Source: a virus. Taken from it: 64,000 nt of DNA. The stretch's first letter is position 1; the number at the start of each line of letters is the position of its first letter. Shown piece by piece: positions 58,947 to 64,000 of this stretch. A program made the translations under genes and the position numbers. The notes under the pieces were generated by a model. It did no database searches. It worked only from the letters and a program-made list of their open reading frames with translations, and was not told the origin of the DNA. Location: UHGV virus genome UHGV-0015805. One strand, written 5' to 3'.

Positions 58947-59322
58947 GACGGGCATTTTGAAGCATTTGCTTCAGCGCAAATCAGCTGCGTGCCCGGTATA
59001 GATAATGCGTAGTGCATGTCGGATATGCAGATTGTGATGGCGAAGTAATGCTGATTGATTCTAAGCAGGCACAATCACATAAGACAACCCGAGGGTTGGA
59101 GGGGCACGTAGTAAGATTAAAAGGACCTGCCTTGTATGGGACACCCACGAAGCGAGTAATTACTTTCCTTCGTTTATAGTAATTATTCTAATGTGGTACA
59201 AGTTATTATGTAGCAGAGCAACACAGTCTTACTACAAATAGGATGTGCTAAGGAGTAGAAGTAACGACCTCTGTCTACTGTGTAGGGAATCTTATGTAAA
59301 TATTAAAAAAAGAGGTGCGGGC

Positions 59323-59535
59323 ATGGTAGTATTTGCAATGTATCGAAGCACATATTTGTATGGATGCGGATTTTACACAAAGACATTTTACTCGTTGTCC
59401 GAAGCGGCGCGATTTTACGTCATGAACTTTGAGAGAGTTGCAAATATCAAATGTGCTCACAAACAACGCAAAATTCTTTGTGATAAAATTCAATCGCTTA
59501 TGGACAGGCGTAAACATTTTGAAATGAACGCTTAG
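59323..59535 (+). CDS. hypothetical protein
   Basis: Likely start MVVFAMYRST with AAGAGGTG RBS. The track ORF is 59245..59535. Confidence 0.35.
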   Translation: MVVFAMYRSTYLYGCGFYTKTFYSLSEAARFYVMNFERVANIKCAHKQRKILCDKIQSLMDRRKHFEMNA

Positions 59536-59682
59536 CTCAAAGGGAGAGCGCCGATAGAAATTCAGCGACGAGGCTGACGGGAGGATGAAAGTTCGAGTCT
59601 TTCAGTGTTCACTCGGATAGACTATGCGATATTAAGAAGTTTGCAGATAGCGTGATTTGTGAACAGATGCATAGTCCACATT

Positions 59683-59737
59683 AACTGCTCTGTTATTTGA
59701 CGAAATTTCAGAGCAGTTATTTTTTTATATTTTTTTG
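59683..59737 (+). terminator. strong intrinsic terminator
   Basis: 10-bp stem AACUGCUCUG/CAGAGCAGUU followed by UUAUUUUUUUAUAUUUUUUU. Confidence 0.6.
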
Positions 59738-59746
59738 AAAAAGGTA

Positions 59747-59775
59747 TTGACAAGTGGAATTGTATATGATATAAT
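59747..59775 (+). promoter_or_regulatory. consensus promoter TTGACA-17-TATAAT
   Basis: TTGACA 59747-52 and TATAAT 59770-75. Confidence 0.55.
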
Positions 59776-59845
59776 GAAATCACAGTAAAGGAAGCAATGG
59801 TTTTCAACAAAAAAAACAAAATGTAATGAAAGAGAGGAGGGTTTT

Positions 59846-60031
59846 ATGAAAATCATTACGAAATACTTCTACCCGAACCGTGTAGAAATCACGGAGCGCA
59901 GAACAACGACCAATGAGGTAGAGAGTATAAAAGAGTGGGGCAAATCTGTGTGCGCGAGATTCCACAAAACGAAGAGAGGCGAAGATGCAATGTCATATAA
60001 CCGAATCACATATGTGTTTCCAAGGAAGTGA
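59846..60031 (+). CDS. hypothetical protein
   Basis: 61 aa. GAGAGGAGGG RBS. Confidence 0.45.
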   Translation: MKIITKYFYPNRVEITERRTTTNEVESIKEWGKSVCARFHKTKRGEDAMSYNRITYVFPRK

Positions 60032-60037
60032 AATAAA

Positions 60038-60280
60038 ATGAAAATTAAACGAATGCGATTTATGACGCGGCGGGAATGGGTGGCAAAGTATCGACCTGAA
60101 AGAATAGATGAAAATGCCTGTGGTGGCATCATGGGGTGTCCGGGTTGGGTCGAAAAGACAAAAAATATACATTGTTATGTAGGCGATTCGCCTTATGGGG
60201 ATACCAAGCTATGCAACAAATGTTGGGATGATCCTGTAAAAATCGACGGTAAATATATACTTGTAAGAAAGGAGGATTAA
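60038..60280 (+). CDS. Cys-rich small protein
   Basis: 80 aa. CGGIMGCPGW...CNKCWDDP. Confidence 0.45.
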   Translation: MKIKRMRFMTRREWVAKYRPERIDENACGGIMGCPGWVEKTKNIHCYVGDSPYGDTKLCNKCWDDPVKIDGKYILVRKED

Positions 60281-60285
60281 AGAAA

Positions 60286-60651
60286 ATGATTAAAGCAGAA
60301 GATAAAGCAAAAATTGCAAGCCTGCCCGCTCAAGAGCTTATTGCATTTGCCATTGCACAGGTACAGTTGAATGAAAGCCTCGAGCGAGAAAATCAATGTC
60401 TGAAAAAATCAATGGAATACAGAGAAGCAATTAACGGCAATTTGATTGATTTGCAGAGGCAGCTTGACAAAAGCCGTGCAGACATTCAAAGATTGCAGCT
60501 GCTTGTCGGCTATCTGTGCAAGAAGAGCGGGCTGACAAGGCTCGGTATTACAGAGGAAGACTTCAGGGAAACATGTGACGGTCATAGGGTTGGCATTAGA
60601 GATTCAGAAAACTTTGGCGGAGACAAAATTATTGAAATTGTAGTAAAATAA
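60286..60651 (+). CDS. coiled-coil protein
   Basis: 121 aa. AAGGAGG RBS. Confidence 0.45.
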   Translation: MIKAEDKAKIASLPAQELIAFAIAQVQLNESLERENQCLKKSMEYREAINGNLIDLQRQLDKSRADIQRLQLLVGYLCKKSGLTRLGITEEDFRETCDGHRVGIRDSENFGGDKIIEIVVK

Positions 60652-60667
60652 GAAAGGAACAAAAAAA

Positions 60668-61276
60668 ATGAAAGAAGAAAGAAAGTATGCCGTTATCGTT
60701 ACTTTGATTGCTGTACTGTTATGTGCTCTGACGATTTTTGTCGGGGTTAAGATTTGCGACCTTATCAACGAGCGTGACGCGCTGAAGGAGCGGGTATCCG
60801 ATATTGTAACGACCGAAGAGCCGACCGAGGAAGAATCTTCTGGGCTTGTGGAAATTCCGACAGATACCACATTTGATACAGCCGACCTAACCTTTGTGGA
60901 AGAAAGCACGAACGGCGTTGGCGACAAGGTGAAAGTATACAAAGACAAAGACGACAATGAATTCACCGTGAATGAAGAAGGTCGACTTATTCGTACAATG
61001 AGCAAGCCAGGCGCATGGAGCGACGATGCTGCAATGGATGCAGATGCACTGCTCGATGTTGCACATGCATATATGGTTGACACATATGGCGCGGACTTTG
61101 CCCCGTTTGCTTATACTGCAACGCACCGCAACAGAACAACAGACAACCACCAGTCTTTTATCATTGAATACAGAAATGCAGCTGAGGACCAATTTTATTT
61201 TATTTGCATTTGGGATAACGGTGTTGTACTGTGGTCTCAGTTTAGCAACACAGCAGATGTTCAGACCGCAGAGTAA
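60668..61276 (+). CDS. membrane-anchored protein with acidic extracytoplasmic domain
   Basis: N-terminal TM segment YAVIVTLIAVLLCALTIFVGV followed by an acidic Thr/Glu-rich domain. Confidence 0.45.
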   Translation: MKEERKYAVIVTLIAVLLCALTIFVGVKICDLINERDALKERVSDIVTTEEPTEEESSGLVEIPTDTTFDTADLTFVEESTNGVGDKVKVYKDKDDNEFTVNEEGRLIRTMSKPGAWSDDAAMDADALLDVAHAYMVDTYGADFAPFAYTATHRNRTTDNHQSFIIEYRNAAEDQFYFICIWDNGVVLWSQFSNTADVQTAE

Positions 61277-61293
61277 GGAGTAAACAAATAAAC

Positions 61294-61575
61294 ATGGACA
61301 GAAAAGAACTGACAAAAAGATATAGAGAAGAAACAAGCTGCACATGGAATGAAGCGCAGACCGCAGTTGATACGGTGCTCGGGCTGATGATTACGGCCTG
61401 TGAGACGGGCGAAGGCGTGAATATTTATGGCTTGGGGCAGACAGAATATCGCAACATGGAGCCGCGAAAATCAAGGAATCCTCGGACTGGCGAACAGCTT
61501 GTAGCCCCAGCTCGTGTGAAGATTGTATTCAATCTTTCTAAGAATATCAAAGATGCTGCAAAAAAGTTGAAATAA
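61294..61575 (+). CDS. HU/IHF-family DNA-binding protein
   Basis: GLGQTEYRNMEPRKSRNPRTGEQLVAPARVKIVFNLSKNIKDAAK carries the HU beta-arm RNPxTGE signature. 93 aa. Confidence 0.65.
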   Translation: MDRKELTKRYREETSCTWNEAQTAVDTVLGLMITACETGEGVNIYGLGQTEYRNMEPRKSRNPRTGEQLVAPARVKIVFNLSKNIKDAAKKLK

Positions 61576-61590
61576 ATTTTCAAAAAGCTA

Positions 61591-61619
61591 TTGACAAACC
61601 GCTCGACGTGCTGTATAAT
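61591..61619 (+). promoter_or_regulatory. consensus promoter TTGACA-17-TATAAT
   Basis: TTGACA 61591-96 and TATAAT 61614-19. Confidence 0.55.
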
Positions 61620-61649
61620 GTACTTAACAAATGACGGAGGACAAATAAA

Positions 61650-62486
61650 ATGACGAAGTTTAATGAGTATCTTATCAGCCTGAGAGCAGAAAAGAAAGCT
61701 GCAAACACAATTGCAAGATATGCCGATGCAATTGCAAATTTCTTTGCATTTGTAAATAAGGACGCAGAGCGCGTTGAGAAATATGATGTTCTCGCATGGA
61801 TGGAAAGCATGTCCGATGCTTCCTCTGCGACGGTTAATATTAAGCTTAACGCGCTCAACTCTTATTTCAAGTTTCTGTGTGAATGTGAAACAATCGAGAA
61901 GAATCCTGTGGCGAATGTAAAGCGCCCGAGCATCCATTCTAAGCCAAAGGAATTCATGAGCGCCGATATGGTGTCCGCTCTTATTAAAGCTGCAACAAAC
62001 GCCCGTGATAAGGCGCTGATTTCCTGCTATGCAACTACCGGGCTTAGATTCAATGAGCTTGCGAGCATCACGCTTGAGCAATATGAACAAATGCGCAAAG
62101 ACGGCGCAAACAAAATTGCTATGACAGGGAAGGGCGGCAAGGAATTCTTCGCGTTCTTCAGCGACGCAAATATTGCGGCAATTGAACAATATTTGCCAAA
62201 GAGAAAAGACGGATGCGAATATTTGTTTACTTCCACATGGGGCGGCAAAATCAATAACGCCAATTTCGACAAGACGCTGAAGGTTGTTGGGCGAAAAGCG
62301 GGGTTGCCATTTGAGATTTCTGCGCATTCGCTGAGAGCGGCGTGTGCATCCATTATGTCCGAGAACGGTGTACCTGTTGCGGTTATTCGTGATGTACTGC
62401 ATCATTCGTCTATTTCTACTACAAGCAGATATATCAAGACAAATGAGAAGGCAGTCAATGCGGCTGTATCGGCTATGACATTCTAA
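61650..62486 (+). CDS. tyrosine recombinase / phage integrase family (XerC/D-like)
   Basis: N-terminal SAM-like domain. TGLRFNELASI. AHSLRAACAS (HxLR). LHHSSISTTSRY (catalytic Tyr region). 278 aa. Confidence 0.7.
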   Translation: MTKFNEYLISLRAEKKAANTIARYADAIANFFAFVNKDAERVEKYDVLAWMESMSDASSATVNIKLNALNSYFKFLCECETIEKNPVANVKRPSIHSKPKEFMSADMVSALIKAATNARDKALISCYATTGLRFNELASITLEQYEQMRKDGANKIAMTGKGGKEFFAFFSDANIAAIEQYLPKRKDGCEYLFTSTWGGKINNANFDKTLKVVGRKAGLPFEISAHSLRAACASIMSENGVPVAVIRDVLHHSSISTTSRYIKTNEKAVNAAVSAMTF

Positions 62487-62502
62487 TGATATAGGAGGGC
62501 AT

Positions 62503-62769
62503 ATGTGGGATATCATCAATGAGCTTAATTTACCGTATGATGAAATTGCGGCGCTGCTAATTGAAATTTTGTCAGAATCAAAGGATGAAATCGACGCAGA
62601 TTGCCGCAGATGGCTATCGGACAACGACCGATGTCAAAAGTGCGGGCAAGAGCTTGAATACCAAGAGCATAAAGAATATCACTATGAATTGGACGGCGCT
62701 CCATTTGAATCACATATTGAGGCGTTCTGTCTAAGCTGTGATAGATTTAATTTTCAGGAGGACATGTGA
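62503..62769 (+). CDS. zinc-ribbon small protein
   Basis: CQKCG...CLSCD. GGAGGG RBS. Confidence 0.45.
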   Translation: MWDIINELNLPYDEIAALLIEILSESKDEIDADCRRWLSDNDRCQKCGQELEYQEHKEYHYELDGAPFESHIEAFCLSCDRFNFQEDM

Positions 62770-63014
62770 TGAGATATTATAGCGATAAGCTGTGCAAGCT
62801 GTTTGACGATGAGACAAAGCTGTTTGAAGCTGAACGAGCATATGACAAAGAGCAGGCAGATAGAGCCGCAAGAGAGCAGACGCGCAACGACAAGTGGGAA
62901 GAAATCAAGAAGTGCAGGGATAAATATCTGCGTCTTATGAGTGAGTTCAGAGAAAAATATCCAAATGATCCTCGCGCTCATTCTCTTCTGTACTCTTTCC
63001 TGTATGAGTTTTAA
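62766..63014 (+). CDS. hypothetical protein
   Basis: 82 aa. ATGTGATG overlap. Confidence 0.4.
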   Translation: MMRYYSDKLCKLFDDETKLFEAERAYDKEQADRAAREQTRNDKWEEIKKCRDKYLRLMSEFREKYPNDPRAHSLLYSFLYEF

Positions 63015-63019
63015 TTCGT

Positions 63020-63268
63020 ATGGACAGACGAGTGCATATTGAGTTGTTTAAGCCGAACCCGTTGACCGTAAATTGCAAGGGGTGCAAATATCTTGAGCGA
63101 TTAAATTCGGGTGGCGAATTTGAATACTGCGCATTCATGTATCGAACTGGCATGAAGCGGTCAAGCGGTGTGGGCAAGGACAACTGTGATAAATATTCAA
63201 CTGAAAAGCGGACGAACTATAAGAACAATTTTGCATGGAGGAACGCAGGAAATGGTAAAGCTGAATAA
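63020..63268 (+). CDS. hypothetical Cys-containing protein
   Basis: 82 aa. CKGCKY...C...C. Confidence 0.4.
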   Translation: MDRRVHIELFKPNPLTVNCKGCKYLERLNSGGEFEYCAFMYRTGMKRSSGVGKDNCDKYSTEKRTNYKNNFAWRNAGNGKAE

Positions 63269-63401
63269 AGTGTATAATGAAATTGCCAAGTATGAGAGAT
63301 TGAAGGTCGAGACTGAGCGGCAAAGCCATATTGTTGCCGCTTTGATTCGGGCATATAATGAGCAAAATCCTGATGCAAAGATTGCCCGGAGCACGAAGTG
63401 A
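63252..63401 (+). CDS. small ORF (49 aa)
   Basis: Likely start MVKLNKVYNEIAKY with GGAGGAA RBS. Confidence 0.3.
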   Translation: MVKLNKVYNEIAKYERLKVETERQSHIVAALIRAYNEQNPDAKIARSTK

Positions 63402-63562
63402 GAAAGAAGAAAGTCGCGGCGGATATGTCCACATGTGTCAATTGTGGCAAGCAATTTGAACAGGTCGGCGCAGAATTGCGTGTTGCAGGCGGAGTTGCTT
63501 GTTCTGGCAAGTGCTTTGTATGCAAGGTAGACGAACTTGATAAGGCGGGTGAGCAGAAATGA
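63398..63562 (+). CDS. small zinc-ribbon ORF (54 aa)
   Basis: GTG start overlapping the upstream stop. CVNCGK...CSGKCFVC. Confidence 0.3.
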   Translation: MRKKKVAADMSTCVNCGKQFEQVGAELRVAGGVACSGKCFVCKVDELDKAGEQK

Positions 63563-63930
63563 ATGGCGAAGTAATTGTTCGGAAGAACGGCATGACGGTG
63601 CTTTCATTATACTCTGAGTCCATACTTGCAAAGTTTCTTATGGCATATGCTATGCCCGATTCTTTTACCGAGCTCGACCTTGAATATGTTTGTAGCGTGA
63701 AAGAATTGATGTGGCAACAGAATGAAGAATTGCAAAAACAGAAAACCAAGGAATATATTGTATTGGGCGGACTGACCGCAGTTGATGATAGGCGGACTAT
63801 CGCAGACCGCATTCTGCTCGTAGAAGAGCAAATTGAGGATGTTATGGTTGCCATTCATCAAGTCGATTTAATCTTGCTTATGGTTGAATCGATGGATGAG
63901 AATGATACTATGGAGGTCGGACTGTCTTGA
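63559..63930 (+). CDS. hypothetical protein
   Basis: 123 aa. ATGA overlap. Confidence 0.45.
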   Translation: MNGEVIVRKNGMTVLSLYSESILAKFLMAYAMPDSFTELDLEYVCSVKELMWQQNEELQKQKTKEYIVLGGLTAVDDRRTIADRILLVEEQIEDVMVAIHQVDLILLMVESMDENDTMEVGLS

Positions 63931-64000
63931 CACCGCTTTATGCTATATCTGCAATTGTCATTGGTTTTATTCTCGGGCTTTTGTTTATGTCGATTTTATA
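63927..64000 (+). CDS. membrane protein, 5' fragment (runs off the window end)
   Basis: TTG start overlapping the upstream stop. LTPLYAISAIVIGFILGLLFMSIL is hydrophobic. Confidence 0.25.
   Translation, partial: MTPLYAISAIVIGFILGLLFMSIL

Noticed and set aside
59622-59819. 65-aa minus ORF
   Set aside because: It overlaps a strong plus-strand terminator and a consensus promoter. It has no RBS and a low-complexity translation.

Overview
This window looks like a tailed dsDNA phage or prophage of a low-GC Gram-positive host. The assignment rests on a phiLC3-type holin, a GH25 endolysin and a siphovirus-like gene order; no tail sheath is seen. It has three parts. (1) Positions 1 to about 49.6 kb are one long minus-strand late block. 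In transcription order (high to low coordinates) it contains: a hypothetical 341-aa protein, a small acidic protein, an 855-aa DxDGD protein, a holin, a metallophosphoesterase, a TerS-like protein, a split TerL with portal, head proteins and a split major capsid protein (MCP), connectors, a major tail protein, chaperone-like ORFs, a RuvC-like resolvase, a tape measure protein (TMP) split into three parts, a GH25 lysin, Dit-like and Tal-like tail proteins, and a long array of tail-fibre and receptor-binding genes that runs off the window start. (2) Positions 49.7 to 51.0 kb are a divergent AT-rich control or ori-like region with iteron-like repeats, a G4/C-tract island and a (TA)n/alternating purine-pyrimidine tract. 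(3) Positions 51 to 64 kb are a plus-strand early block of many small ORFs. They are punctuated by perfect TTGACA-17-TATAAT promoters and intrinsic terminators. Recognisable genes there are a DHH-DHHA1 (RecJ-like) phosphoesterase, a tRNA with anticodon UAU, an HU-like protein and a tyrosine recombinase. The most striking feature is four group I-like introns on the minus strand. Each has recognisable P, Q, R and S core elements. They lie in TerL (with a GIY-YIG homing endonuclease gene, HEG), in the MCP (with a DUF559/Vsr-like PD-(D/E)xK HEG), and twice in the tape measure gene (one with a DUF559-like HEG, one without a HEG but with a small membrane ORF). There is also a free-standing third DUF559-like HEG flanked by two paralogous 60-aa ORFs. 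A plus-strand DUF4041/T5orf172 plus DUF3310 island with its own consensus promoter is embedded in the late block. All functional calls come from motif recognition by eye; no database searches were run.
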